In this document: piece after piece, positions 33,726 to 45,145 of the stretch
Layout of the letters: every line of letters begins with the position of its first letter
How positions within the stretch are numbered: position 1 is the first letter of the stretch
Origin: Salisapilia sapeloensis CBS 127946
Lineage: Eukaryota; Protista; Oomycota
Length of the DNA stretch: 63,321 nucleotides
Assembly (NCBI GenBank): GCA_023334545.1
Contig: JAADVB010000092.1
Coordinates: 1 to 63,321 of the forward strand
Direction of reading: 5' to 3'
The notes under the pieces: model-generated
The model's database searches: none
What the model was told of the DNA's origin: nothing
The model's input: the letters and a program-made list of their open reading frames with translations, nothing else
Position numbers and translations under genes: made by a program

Positions 33726-35669
33726 CTAATGGGAAAATCCTTTGCTATTCTTGGCTTTACGCTTGGCGGCCGTCCGAGGGTTGTACTTACCCTTACGATG
33801 ACGTGCCTTCCACTTGTCTCGCCCGGCAGAGCTCTTGCCGACACCAGTGCCATAGCTAATCCGATCCTCCGGCGTCTTTTCGTCCAGCATCTCCGTCACG
33901 CCTTCTGCAGAAAAGTTGTGCAGTGGGTCATTGTCCGTCCGCTTCTTGCCATCCGTCGACCTCGCTCGCGGGTTTCTTCGTGGCTTCTTCTTCTTCGGTT
34001 GCGTAGAGGCTTGCATAGACTGCGGGACTAAATAATCCGGTACGGTTGCCAAGTGCGGTTGGATGCGAGCTGCTCCGATCGCCTTGTCATGCTGCAACAC
34101 GTTCAGCTCCCGAGGGTTGGCTTCAAAGTGGGAAGCAAGTTTATCCGAATTTAGAATTTCTTTCTTGACGTCCGCAAGCTGCGCCTCTCGAACAGCAGTG
34201 CTCGTAACTGCGCGTCGAACATCTTCCACACGATACCGGAAGCAGTCGATCTCTTTCAAGTCAAAGTCCAGTTGAGCAGGTTGCTGCAGCACATCATTCG
34301 TGCTCGTTTCCACTGGCTGCTGTGTCGCCTGAACCTTGGCCAATACGCTCGTGTCGTTCTCATCGTTCGAACAGACCAAGGACAAGGCAGTACCGTTGGC
34401 CCCACCACGCGCTGTACGCCCAATGCGATGCGTGTAAGAGCGTACGCTACGAGGAAAGTCGACATTGACGACGAAAGTGACGCCGCGGAAGTCGACTCCT
34501 CTCGACACACCAAACGCCGAGTCCGCCTCCAAACGCTTTCGCTTCGCACCTACTTGCGGCTTTTCTACCTTTTCATCTTCTTGCTCTTCCTTTTCATCTT
34601 CTTGCTGGTCGTCACTCTCCTCCGACTCTTGCTCTTCTTCGTCACTGTCTTCATCCTTGTCCATACTGTCGTCTGTTGCAATGAGGTAGTCAAAGAAGCC
34701 ACGGTTGAACTCCTCGATGATGTGCTGACGAGAGTTGTGTGGTAACTGGGCGTTCAGGACTGCGCTTTTAATGATGAACTGCTCAAAGAAGAGCTTTAGA
34801 CGGTACGCCGCTTCCGTCGAGTTTACAAAGAAGATGACTTTGCCATTCACGACGCCGAGCTTTAATAAGGCATACAGGAGTAGATCCTTATCCTTAGCGT
34901 TGACATTTAAGTAGTACTGCTGTAGCTTTCCGTCCGTCTCACCTTCTTCCAGTTTCACCACCGCAGCGTTATGCAAAACGGCTTTCTTTAGCTGCTCGAG
35001 CTCCGGACTGAGAGTGGCGGACATGCAAAACGTCTGACAAGCTTTTGGCAAGTGGTTGTAGATCGTACGAACGTCGTCACCGTATCCAAAGGATAGAACG
35101 AGGTCTGCTTCATCGATGACGACGCTTTCGACGTGCTGGAGACTCAGGTTACCTGCGTTCAAATGAGCGACAAGTCGACCTGGTGTCGACACTACAATGT
35201 CCGGGACGTCTCGCAATAGAGCCTGTTGCGCATTCATGCTCTTTCCACCCCCTAAAGCTAGTAACGATAGCACATCTCGGCAATAGTACATGAGTTCCGA
35301 GATGTGGCGTTGTGCCTGTTCCACGAGCTCCTTAGTGGGCACGAGCACCAGCGCTCGAACGCGTGGTGTGGATCCCACTGGCAATGGAGATGAAAGCAAC
35401 TTGTGCAACAGCGGCAATGCATATGCAGCCGTTTTGCCTGATCCAGTCCGAGCTCGGACCAACAAGTCTTTGCCTTGTAAAGCCAACGGGATGCAATGAC
35501 GTTGTACTAGCGTGGCATGCACAAATTCAAGCTTCGCAACAGCTTTGGTCAGTCGACGGTCGAGGCCAAAGTCGCTCGCCGCGAAAGACTGTTTGTCGTC
35601 TAGTAGAGACGTACGTACGCCTGTCGGTGCCATCGAGGATGAAAATGTGACTGGAGGTGGCGAAGACAC
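33726..35669 (-). CDS. DDX56: DEAD-box RNA helicase DDX56/Dbp9 (60S biogenesis)
   Basis: ARTGSGKT, VPTKEL, VIDEADLVLSFGY, MSAT, FGVSRGVDF, HRIGRTARG, HFEANPREL. Confidence 0.93.
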   Translation of the reverse strand: MSSPPPVTFSSSMAPTGVRTSLLDDKQSFAASDFGLDRRLTKAVAKLEFVHATLVQRHCIPLALQGKDLLVRARTGSGKTAAYALPLLHKLLSSPLPVGSTPRVRALVLVPTKELVEQAQRHISELMYYCRDVLSLLALGGGKSMNAQQALLRDVPDIVVSTPGRLVAHLNAGNLSLQHVESVVIDEADLVLSFGYGDDVRTIYNHLPKACQTFCMSATLSPELEQLKKAVLHNAAVVKLEEGETDGKLQQYYLNVNAKDKDLLLYALLKLGVVNGKVIFFVNSTEAAYRLKLFFEQFIIKSAVLNAQLPHNSRQHIIEEFNRGFFDYLIATDDSMDKDEDSDEEEQESEESDDQQEDEKEEQEDEKVEKPQVGAKRKRLEADSAFGVSRGVDFRGVTFVVNVDFPRSVRSYTHRIGRTARGGANGTALSLVCSNDENDTSVLAKVQATQQPVETSTNDVLQQPAQLDFDLKEIDCFRYRVEDVRRAVTSTAVREAQLADVKKEILNSDKLASHFEANPRELNVLQHDKAIGAARIQPHLATVPDYLVPQSMQASTQPKKKKPRRNPRARSTDGKKRTDNDPLHNFSAEGVTEMLDEKTPEDRISYGTGVGKSSAGRDKWKARHRKGKYNPRTAAKRKAKNSKGFSH

Positions 35670-35829
35670 TGTTCTCTATGAGATGCCACTGCCACAACTG
35701 CTGTGTCATCGATATCCGAACTTCAACACTAGTGACAGAAAAAGCGACGTGGTTGATGTTTGCCATTGGTGAAAAACAGCTGAACCCGTCGGCAATTGGT
35801 TGAAAAAGTACTTTCACTTTTGTATAGGC

Positions 35830-37468
35830 ATGCCAGAAACGACTCCGCTCGTGAGCAATATGAAGACCGGGTATCGGATACTCGACGACCGCGACATGGA
35901 CGACAAGGAAAAAACGTCGGAGCCAGTGGGACACCGTCGCTATGTCATCGCCTTCCTCTGTCTCTGGGTGACGACAATCTGCTACGCGGATCGTATGCAT
36001 GAGTAGCTCCTCAAATCTTCGTATCAATGCGTTTAACATTTTGTGTCCGTAGGCACCAACATTGGCATCGCGCTGCCCGCATTCGTGCAAGACAAAAAGG
36101 TGCAAGGAGCAGTCATGTCTTCTTTCTTCTACGGCTACTTGTGTACTCAGGTGGGAACTTTCGTGGTAACACATCATGGATGTGCATCTGATCTTGGGTG
36201 GTTGTTTAGATTGCCGGCGGATACCTCGCAACCCACTTTGGAGCAAAGCGAGTCCTCATCGTTGGTGTCATCGTATGGACGCTATTTGTACGTATTTCTA
36301 TCAAATGCAACCGAAAAAATGCTCACGTGTTCGATAGGACCTGTCGACTGTACTCGTGGCCGACTGCCGGAACTGCCTCTACGTTGCTCGCGCAGGCATG
36401 GGACTTGGAGAAGGAATCCTCTTCCCATGCATGCACCAGATTTCTGGTGCATGGTATCCACTTCAAGAGCGCAGTTTCCTCGTGTCTATCGTCACTAGCG
36501 GGACGGACTTTGGAACTATCTTAGCGCTCGTCTTATCCCCTGCGTTGCTCGAAAGCTACGGATGGGAACGTATTTTTGAAGTTTTTGGTGTCCTCAGTTT
36601 CATTTGGCTCGGTTTCTATGTCATCCTTGGCGGACCTCGCCCGGAGCTCGATACTCGCATCACAAGTGCCGAGCGTCATTACATTCTAACGAACCGTACG
36701 ATCGACCCAGAGACACATCGTGGTGCCTACCCACATCCTCACCCTCCAAATCAACATGAAAAGCTTCCATGGAAGACACTCCTAACATCTCGACCGGCAT
36801 GGGCGATCTACGTTGCACACTTTTGTTTCAACTACGGGTGGTACGTCCTCCTCGGATGGATTCCTCAGTACTTTCGTCAAGAGCTGCACATTGATATGAG
36901 CAAACACATCTTCTCTGCTGCTTTGCCTTACTTATGTGGCTACGTCGGGACCATGTCGGCTGGTAAAATCTCCGACATGATGGTCGCAAGAGCTTGGCGA
37001 GTGGTACATGTGCGTAAGATCATGAACACGGCCGGATTCCTCGGTGCCGCGATCTGTCTCTTTTCTCTCAAGTACGCTCCGAGTGCCAACTTTGCCGTCG
37101 GACTACTGTGCGCCGCTTTGTTCATGGCTCGTCTGTCCATGAGCGGGTACTGGGTGAACATGATCGACGTCGGGCCGAACCACGCTGCGTACGTCATGGG
37201 TGTCTCCAATACGTTTGCGACGATCCCAGGTATCGTCGGAAATGTCGTGACTGGAGACATTTTAGAATCCACTGGTCGTTGGGACCTCGTCTTTGGCATC
37301 GCAGCCGCGGTCCTTGTCTTCGGAGCAGCCTTCTTCCATTGCAATGCTTCCGACAAATCAATCTTTAGCAGGTCGCATGGAGGAACGAGTACGGACGGAT
37401 ACACGAGTCTAGACATGAATGACGATGTAGATGGTGTGAATGACGACGACGCGCTACTAGAACGTTAG
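35830..37468 (+). CDS. MFS anion:cation symporter (SLC17/PHT4-like), 4 exons
   Basis: ICYADR|TNIGIA, SSFFYGY, GLGEG, WYPLQERS, NYGWYVLLGWIPQYF, SNTFATIPG. Confidence 0.9.
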
Positions 37469-37530
37469 TGTCGACACTCGAGTTTTGCTGTAAAGACAAC
37501 AGGAATGAGAAACGATTTGACCACTTTGAA

Positions 37531-40500
37531 TTACGATGCAGACTGTCTACCGAGACTATACCGACCTAGAGCTATCCGCTGCAACTGCGTACTTGATATC
37601 TCATCGCCAAATACTTTCTTCATCTCCATGAATAGTCGCAAAGCTTCATCCCAATCCACGCGCTCTTCTGCTGCGTAGATGGCCTGGACATAGACATCTA
37701 CTGTCGGCCGAACTTGGTACTCTGCTGCCTTTTGCATGGAATAGAAGACTTGGAGAGCACTTTGATACGCCTCTGCTTCATTACACAGCGTCATAACACG
37801 ATCGACAAAGGCTGCATCCGGTGACGTACCAAAGCCATCATGTAGGTCTTTAAGAATCGACACAGCTTCTTTCCAATCATCCAGTTCATCCAGCACTTTT
37901 AGCATGACAGCGGAAGGAGTAGCGACGCCGAGTTGTCGATGCCATTGACGAAGGAGACTGATGAGGTGAAGTATACGCTCGGATGATTCTTGTCTCTTGC
38001 AAGCACTGATGTATGCATGCAAGAGGGATGGACTGACAAGCTCAGACGCTGTCTCTCGAGACACTGTTCGCAAGTTGGATGTGAAACGATCGAAGAGGTC
38101 CAATGCAGTGTCATACGAGCTACGTTGGATACATGCAATGAGCATGCGACTGTAAGTCGCAGCAGACGGCTCCACATCGTTCGCGTCCATACTATCTAAT
38201 AGCTTCCGCATGGTTTCCTTGACGTCATGCGTCCTCGAGGACACGTCCTTTACCTCCACTTCCACTTGTTCCTCTGAGTCTTCCAGCAAAAGTGATCCGT
38301 GGTATCTCGTCGTGACAAAGCTCTTAAGTACCATGTTGTACGTCACAACGTCCGGTGTTAATCCTTCTTTCTGCATTCGATCTAACAAATCCATCGCCTG
38401 CGCTTCATTCCTCGCTTTCCCACATGCCTGCAACACTCTGTTGTACGCTCCAACCGTCGCTCCTAACTCTGTTGCCATCATCTCCAAGAGTTCCATGGAG
38501 TTGACGACATCGCCAACGCGTGCAAAGGCATGGATTACATTCTCATACGTCAACGCGTCCGGCACTGTCCGATCAGACATGAAGACACCATCGAACAGCT
38601 CTAACGCTCGTAGTGGCTCGCCAGACGTTGCACAGAGCTCAATCGCGCCGTTCAGTACCTTGACACTGGGGGTGTACTCTTCGTCTTGCATCAAATGGTC
38701 CAGGAAGCTTAGCCCGACACTAGCTTGATTCCCACGACTGCACGCAGCAAACAAGAGCGTTAGTGTTCCATCGTCCGGTGGGATCTGTCGTTGCGTCATG
38801 ATATTGTAGAGCTGGAAGGCAGCGTCTACTTGGCCAAACCGCTGGAGGTAGTCGATACCAGCATTGAAAACACCCGTGTCTAGTTGAGATGTAGGAGCTG
38901 TTCGACAGATTTCCAGGATAAAAGGAAAGAAACGAGGTGGGAGCATCAACTGGTCTACATCGACGATACCTTCCGCATCCGATAGCAATGCTCGGAAGAG
39001 TAAAAAGTGAATAGCAGTGTCAGGAACGACGTCTGCTGTCTGTGTGGCTTGCTGGTAAAAGTCGACTGCACACTCGGCAATCTCCATCTCATCTGGTATA
39101 ATCACGTCCGACGACATGGCGTTCACGTACGCTTCGAGGACGTTGCGTAGAATATGTTGGTCGCATCCTACAGCTTCTCGAATCTCCTCGTACACTGCTT
39201 CTGCAGTCACTGGATCACCTGCATTGGCACAGGAACGTAATATGGTGTTGTAATCGGACGCTTGGATTCTTAATTGAGGATCTGAAGCAACATCACGCTG
39301 GAACTCGTACAGGCTTAAGCTGGTGCGTACATCGCCAGCTTTTGCACATCCGTCATACAGTCGCTCCACCATATTTCGATCTGCTAGACGTTGTTGAGCA
39401 AGGGTCATGAAGACATCTAGCGCCTTCACTCGGACAGGTGTACGTGCTGCCACGAGGATAAAGTGCTGTCCTAGACTTTTTATGATATCTTCCTGTATAT
39501 GGTCGAATGCACCTGGAAGGTCCACGAGACGCTCTAGCTCTACTAGAGATGCTTGTGTGAGCATCTCGTTCCACTGATCTATGCTATCGATGTGCGTGGC
39601 GATTTCTTCCCAGCTAGTGGCAGATGCAGCCGCTTTCATGAGTCGATCGAGGGACTTTCGAAGACGCCTTCGAGTCTGATTTGAGCGTCCATTTAGATCA
39701 TCTTTGCGATAATGGGAGCGAGACGCAGTCGGACGAAGTGACTTGACGTCGTACGCGACAGGTTCTATTGTCGCGTCTCTTTCATCGCATAACGTACATA
39801 GCTTACGATATGTATGACCGTCTCCTGGACGCCACGACGCTAGTGTTCCATCGCAAACCTCTCGAATCGACGCAACAAGATCCCAATCTTTTTCCAATCG
39901 ACATACATCCAATACACTGTTGTACACATATCCTTTGCATACGATATTGTCATGATACGCTTTAGTGAGATATTTGACAGCATCTCCCACTTTTCTATCT
40001 GCCAAGAGCGCAAATGCGAGGTTGGTCATCGTGTCTGCATCCGGTTTTAACTTGTACTTTGTCTGCATGTCATGGAATAAGTACACGGCCTTGTGGGATC
40101 GACCGGCATCTCGGGAGTATACACGCAAGAGACAATTGGCAGCAACGAGAGAGGGTCGTACGTTACTGCCAATCATTTCTTTCCAAAACTTTTCTGCAGT
40201 CTGGACATCCCCACGGTCTTTCGAGCAGCAATTGATCAAATTAGCAAATGTAAAAGCTCCCCTTCTCTTCCCTGCTTGCACCATTAATTTTTGCACATAC
40301 TCTGCTGTCTTGAGATCCTGCTGCCGACTGCAACCAGCAATTACGGTGTTGAAACTGCGAGAATTGCAACGCTTCTCCATTGTCATTTCAGATAATAAGG
40401 TCACGGCCGTCGATAATGACTTGGTACTGTGGCGTTGGCACAGTAGGTATAAGACTTCATTATACGTGTCAGCCCAAATGGGAACATCGTAGTGCTGTCT

Positions 40501-40839
40501 AGCGAGCTTAATCGCATCCAAAGAAGCTTCGATGTCCTTGTGTGCTACTGCTGTTCGTACGCGACGATTGTACTCGGACTTGCTTGGCATCGATTGTACT
40601 CCATCCACACTGCTAAACGATCTTGCAATCATATGAGCGTCCGGACGTCTGCTCTGTCTTATAACATGACTGGATTTACTCAAAGCACTGCTGACACCAC
40701 CAAAACCTCGATGATAATCGAGATTCGACGCTATGAGACCACTCGATTTTACACTCTTTGCAGTTGCAAATGAGCAACACCATCCAGCGCGTCCATTACA
40801 AAGTCCATAAGCTATATTCTTGGGCAAATACACCCTCAT
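37531..40839 (-). CDS. Pentatricopeptide-repeat (PPR) protein (~1100 aa), probably mitochondrial
   Basis: Repeated 35-aa-type motifs (TYNEVL, SFNTVIAGC, TFANLINCC, DYNTILRSC, TYENVIHAF, AYNRVLQAC, TYNMVLKSF, TYSRMLIAC); first ATG at 40839. Confidence 0.88.
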   Translation of the reverse strand: MRVYLPKNIAYGLCNGRAGWCCSFATAKSVKSSGLIASNLDYHRGFGGVSSALSKSSHVIRQSRRPDAHMIARSFSSVDGVQSMPSKSEYNRRVRTAVAHKDIEASLDAIKLARQHYDVPIWADTYNEVLYLLCQRHSTKSLSTAVTLLSEMTMEKRCNSRSFNTVIAGCSRQQDLKTAEYVQKLMVQAGKRRGAFTFANLINCCSKDRGDVQTAEKFWKEMIGSNVRPSLVAANCLLRVYSRDAGRSHKAVYLFHDMQTKYKLKPDADTMTNLAFALLADRKVGDAVKYLTKAYHDNIVCKGYVYNSVLDVCRLEKDWDLVASIREVCDGTLASWRPGDGHTYRKLCTLCDERDATIEPVAYDVKSLRPTASRSHYRKDDLNGRSNQTRRRLRKSLDRLMKAAASATSWEEIATHIDSIDQWNEMLTQASLVELERLVDLPGAFDHIQEDIIKSLGQHFILVAARTPVRVKALDVFMTLAQQRLADRNMVERLYDGCAKAGDVRTSLSLYEFQRDVASDPQLRIQASDYNTILRSCANAGDPVTAEAVYEEIREAVGCDQHILRNVLEAYVNAMSSDVIIPDEMEIAECAVDFYQQATQTADVVPDTAIHFLLFRALLSDAEGIVDVDQLMLPPRFFPFILEICRTAPTSQLDTGVFNAGIDYLQRFGQVDAAFQLYNIMTQRQIPPDDGTLTLLFAACSRGNQASVGLSFLDHLMQDEEYTPSVKVLNGAIELCATSGEPLRALELFDGVFMSDRTVPDALTYENVIHAFARVGDVVNSMELLEMMATELGATVGAYNRVLQACGKARNEAQAMDLLDRMQKEGLTPDVVTYNMVLKSFVTTRYHGSLLLEDSEEQVEVEVKDVSSRTHDVKETMRKLLDSMDANDVEPSAATYSRMLIACIQRSSYDTALDLFDRFTSNLRTVSRETASELVSPSLLHAYISACKRQESSERILHLISLLRQWHRQLGVATPSAVMLKVLDELDDWKEAVSILKDLHDGFGTSPDAAFVDRVMTLCNEAEAYQSALQVFYSMQKAAEYQVRPTVDVYVQAIYAAEERVDWDEALRLFMEMKKVFGDEISSTQLQRIALGRYSLGRQSAS

Positions 40840-40995
40840 CACCTACATGCAGTCGCACAAGCGCCTTCGCCTCTCAATTGTGTCGTGGTCCGTGCTACAT
40901 CCTATAGTAATGTGTACACATAACTTTAGGATAAATCCGGATAAAGCACACGATTCGGATCCATCGCCCACATCTCAAGACAAAGGACGAGAAAA

Positions 40996-42390
40996 ATGTC
41001 GTCGACTACTGCCGAGGATGAGCGTACGCAAGTGCTGAATGCGTACAAGGCAAAGGTGCGCGAGCATCGGGAAATGGAGAGCCGGTATGTGTTTAGCTAT
41101 ATCCTTCGAGATGATCCTCTATCGACTTGTGGAGGATCGTATTTATCGAAAAGATCCTGTGGCTAAAGAATGTGAATTAGTCTCAAGCAAATGCGTGAGA
41201 ACGTCAAGCAGCTCGTCAAGGACTACAACAAGACGGAAGATGACTTGAAAGCCCTACAAGTATAAAATTATAGACAAATGATACTCTTGCTGGTGTGTTT
41301 AACATGCATCGTGGCATCTAGAGCGTCGGCCAGATCATTGGAGAGGTTCTACGTCAGCTAGACGATGACCGGTTCATCGTGAAGGCATCTAGCGGACCAC
41401 GTTACGTTGTCGGGTGCCGGACAAAGGTAATTGCCTCTATTTAGTTCCTAATCGATCTATATTCACCACTATTTCCAGGTGGATAAGGACAAGCTGAAGG
41501 CTGGTACTCGTGTCGCATTGGATATGACGACTCTAACGATCATGCGCCACCTCCCCCGTGAAGTTGATCCAACCGTCTACCACATGCTTAAGGAAGACGC
41601 CGGTAACATCTCGTTCTCGGCCATCGGTGGTCTCAACGAACAGATTCGCGAGCTGCGTGAAGTTATCGAGCTTCCACTCACCAACCCAGAGCTCTTCCTT
41701 CGTGTCGGCATCAAGCCTCCCAAGGGTGTCTTGCTCTACGGTCCTCCTGGAACGGGCAAGACGCTGCTTGCTCGAGCCCTCGCCTGTAACATCAACGCGA
41801 CGTTCCTCAAGGTGGTCGCCAGTGCCATCGTGGACAAGTACATCGGTGAAAGTGCTCGAGTGATCCGTGAGATGTTCGGGTACGCTCGGGACCACCAGCC
41901 GTGCGTCATCTTTATGGATGAAATTGATGCTATTGGTGGCAGTCGGTACTCGGAGGGTACGTCTGCGGATCGTGAAATCCAGCGTACGCTCATGGAGCTC
42001 TTGAACCAATTGGATGGTTTCGATGCTTTGGGGCAAGTGAAGATGGTCATGGCGACGAACCGTCCAGACATCCTGGACCCTGCACTCTTGCGTCCAGGTC
42101 GATTGGACCGAAAGATCGAGATCCCGCTACCGAATGAAGCTTCTCGAATGGATATCCTCAAGATCCACTCGGCAGCAATCACGAAGAAGGGAGACATTGA
42201 TTACGAATCCATCGTCAAGCTCACGGACGGTTTCAACGGCGCGGACATTCGCAACGTTTGTACCGAAGCGGGTGTCTTTGCCATCCGCAGTGACCGAGAT
42301 TACGTCGTGGAAGAAGACTTCATGAAGGCGGCGCGGAAACTTGGGGAGACCAAGAAACTCGAATCCAAAATGGACTACAGCAAAGTCTAA
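40996..42390 (+). CDS. PSMC6: 26S proteasome AAA-ATPase Rpt4 (subunit 10B), 4 exons
   Basis: [56 protein letters not shown]; first intron 41085-41180. Confidence 0.96.
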
Positions 42391-42477
42391 CGGCTTTCGT
42401 GTCTAACTGAAACGAAGGACAGCCGAAAATACACCTTGTTAGGCTTACGTTTTTGTTTACATTCGTACGTTGGTAGC

Positions 42478-43562
42478 ATGGTAGACGACGTTTCTCTGGT
42501 TGTGGAGCTTTATGGCGCAGCGGACGACGTCGTCTTCCAGCGTCATGTCTTATTGCTGCGGGAGTTGACTACCCAGCGTCCAAATGTCTTCGTTTCCATG
42601 CAAGGAGATACGGAACTCGAGTACTTGGATCACGTTCGTCGGCATGTGAAGCTCATGCCCAAAGAAGATCAAGATCAATATCTTTATGTCAAGACCGAGC
42701 CGTTCGTGATTGTGAATGGCTCTGAGTACTTGCACGGAGAAGCATCGTTGCTGGAGTTTATGATGAAGCATACTGACAAGGCTCGATATGAGCTAGTGGC
42801 AGCAGCAGCTTTTGAAGGCAAGTATGAAGTGAGTGAAGAGGAAGATACCGAAGTGGTGGAAAAAGCGTTGCAGACAAGAGCAGAGGATCTTGCTGCATCT
42901 GCTAGTCAAATGAAGCTGAGACCAGGAAGAGATTACGTCTTCATGAACATTAGTTTGGATGGGAAAGAGTTACCACGACTCGAGATTGAACTCATGACGG
43001 ATCTATGTCCACGGACTTGTAACAACTTTAAAGCGTTCTGCCAAGGTGTTGTCACTACTGCGTCCGGAGATTCTGTCGGATACAAAGACAACATTTTCCA
43101 TCGAGTCGTACGTGATGGATGGCTACAAGCCGGAGATGTACTTGGCCAAGGAAGAGGAGATGGACCTTGTATATCTCTGTACGGAGAAGCTTTCGAAGAC
43201 GAGAACTACGCGATGAAGCATGAACGAATCGGTATCGTGGTACGTTCTTACTAGACTATACCTGCCATCAGTCGTCATGACTCTTGGAGCATTCCATAGG
43301 GAATGGCGAGTACTGGACCAAACTCGAACGGTTCTCAGTTCTACATCACGCTGGCACCCTTGTCGTGGCTTGACAAGAAGAATGGTAAGACGTACTCAAC
43401 GTTTGGTACAGAGAAACCATCATAAGAAGAATATGCATCATAGTGGCGTTTGGACAAATCATACGAGGTTACCGGACCTTAGAAGCTCTCAAGAACGTCG
43501 AAACGCGGTACGAACGACCCGTCGTGCCTTGTACAATCAGTGACTGCGGTAGTTTGGGGTAA
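42478..43562 (+). CDS. PPIL6: PPIL6-like cyclophilin with an N-terminal extension
   Basis: CPRTCNNF, FHRVVRDGWLQAGD (PPIL6-type GW), FEDEN, NSNGSQFYITL; introns near 43230-43280 and 43385-43443. Confidence 0.75.
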
Positions 43563-43614
43563 CAAGTAGTATAAATACGTTCAATTCTTCTTATCTACGG
43601 ACCAAAGGTTCATC

Positions 43615-44820
43615 TCAGGACGCTTCTACTTTCATGTCTACTTTCTCATCGAGTCCCATCCGAAAACGCAGTTCTTTCAGATCGTCCAGTCCTCTCACAC
43701 TGTAGAACTTCATACCCAAAGCTTGACTCACTTGCTCTTCTTCCAACCCATCTCCCACGGCGATATACTCTGCATCTCCGAATCTCGCCATAATGTCCTC
43801 AAAGCACTGTTTCTTACGTCGTTTCGCAGAGCTATAGACGGCGTCGATGGGGAAATACGAGTCAAGACCGTAGATCATGCACTTGCACAGGGCTGGTGCC
43901 AACTGGGAATTGGTCACGAGGACATTTCTCCAGCCATTTCGCTCGGATGTCAGTTGTAGCACTTCCGACACTTCTCTTCCCCATCCTTTCGAAAACGCAT
44001 TGATGGCATTGATAAGTGCCTCTTTCACGACAAACCATTGACTATTCGGGTCTGTCATAAAATCGACACTTGCTCTTCGCTCGTAGATAGCTCTAATACG
44101 AGCGTACTGTTCACTCCATGCACATTCACGCTTTCGTGTGCAGGAGATGTGATCAATGTCACTCGTGTGCAGCTCGTTGAAAAAGAAATGCTTTTCTAAT
44201 ATAGCCACGAGGAAATGCATCATGTGCTCACCCAGTTGGATGCCTATTTCCGTCCGGCGACCGTGCTGAGCGGCAAACGCACCAGTGTAGAGAGACGCAA
44301 AGAGTACGAGTGTCTCGTCCAGGTCCCAGATGCACACTTTGGGCCGAAGTACTGGAGATCGTAGGCGCTTGAGGCTATCTGGAGACGCCAACAACGCTGC
44401 TTTAATACTATGACGGGCATCGTTGACTGCCCACAGTGAGATCTGAGCACTATCCTGATGCTCTCCTGTTTTCTGTCGCTTTAGAGGTCGAATATGGAGC
44501 TCCGCAAGCACTGTTCGGTCCTCTTCGAACGTTTCCACCTCGCTCTCTTCCTTGGTAGAGTACAAGGACGATCGGTACGAACAGCGAGAGGAAAAGGACC
44601 ATGGTAGACTGTGACGACGGCGCCGAATGTCGGAGCTGGCGTCGGGAGGTAGCATCGGAGTCTCTCCGACAGCGTACAACCACGTATACGCGGCGTGGCC
44701 TCGACGTTGGAGTGTTTCAACGCACTCCAGACCGATGCCGACAGTCATGAAGCCACATAGACTCACACAAACGACAGGCAAGACTACGATCTGGGAGATG
44801 GCATCACGCAGCCAGGACAT
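43615..44820 (-). CDS. EYA: Eyes absent (EYA)-family HAD tyrosine phosphatase
   Basis: VCIWDLDETLV, HFFFNEL, NVLVTNSQLAPALCKC, VYSS, IAVGDGLEEEQVS. Confidence 0.9.
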   Translation of the reverse strand: MSWLRDAISQIVVLPVVCVSLCGFMTVGIGLECVETLQRRGHAAYTWLYAVGETPMLPPDASSDIRRRRHSLPWSFSSRCSYRSSLYSTKEESEVETFEEDRTVLAELHIRPLKRQKTGEHQDSAQISLWAVNDARHSIKAALLASPDSLKRLRSPVLRPKVCIWDLDETLVLFASLYTGAFAAQHGRRTEIGIQLGEHMMHFLVAILEKHFFFNELHTSDIDHISCTRKRECAWSEQYARIRAIYERRASVDFMTDPNSQWFVVKEALINAINAFSKGWGREVSEVLQLTSERNGWRNVLVTNSQLAPALCKCMIYGLDSYFPIDAVYSSAKRRKKQCFEDIMARFGDAEYIAVGDGLEEEQVSQALGMKFYSVRGLDDLKELRFRMGLDEKVDMKVEAS

Positions 44821-45145
44821 TTTTTCTTATCTGACGTATCTCGTCGAAATGGATGTTCCTGGATGAATCTTGGAAGGATTCTCTTCGGATATGCCGATGC
44901 GTTCAACTATGAAGTGAGCGAGGGTAGTGGACAAAAACGTCAGTACGTGCAAAGCGTACGCATCGAGTACGAGACAAAAAGTGACTGTGACTTGTCATCA
45001 ATGGCCTTTCGCCTGTCTACGTTCTTTGGGCAGTGCAAAAGAGGAAGTATACTGAGCTGAAGCTTATTCTACGGCTACACTTGAAGCTAGTGGGGGAATG
45101 GAAGGGCAAGTTCAGCACTTGGCGAAAGGATAATGTGTTGATATT

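Noticed and set aside
41533-42197. Minus-strand ORFs over Rpt4, and similarly 22295-22822 over GH17
   Set aside because: Antisense shadows of conserved genes.
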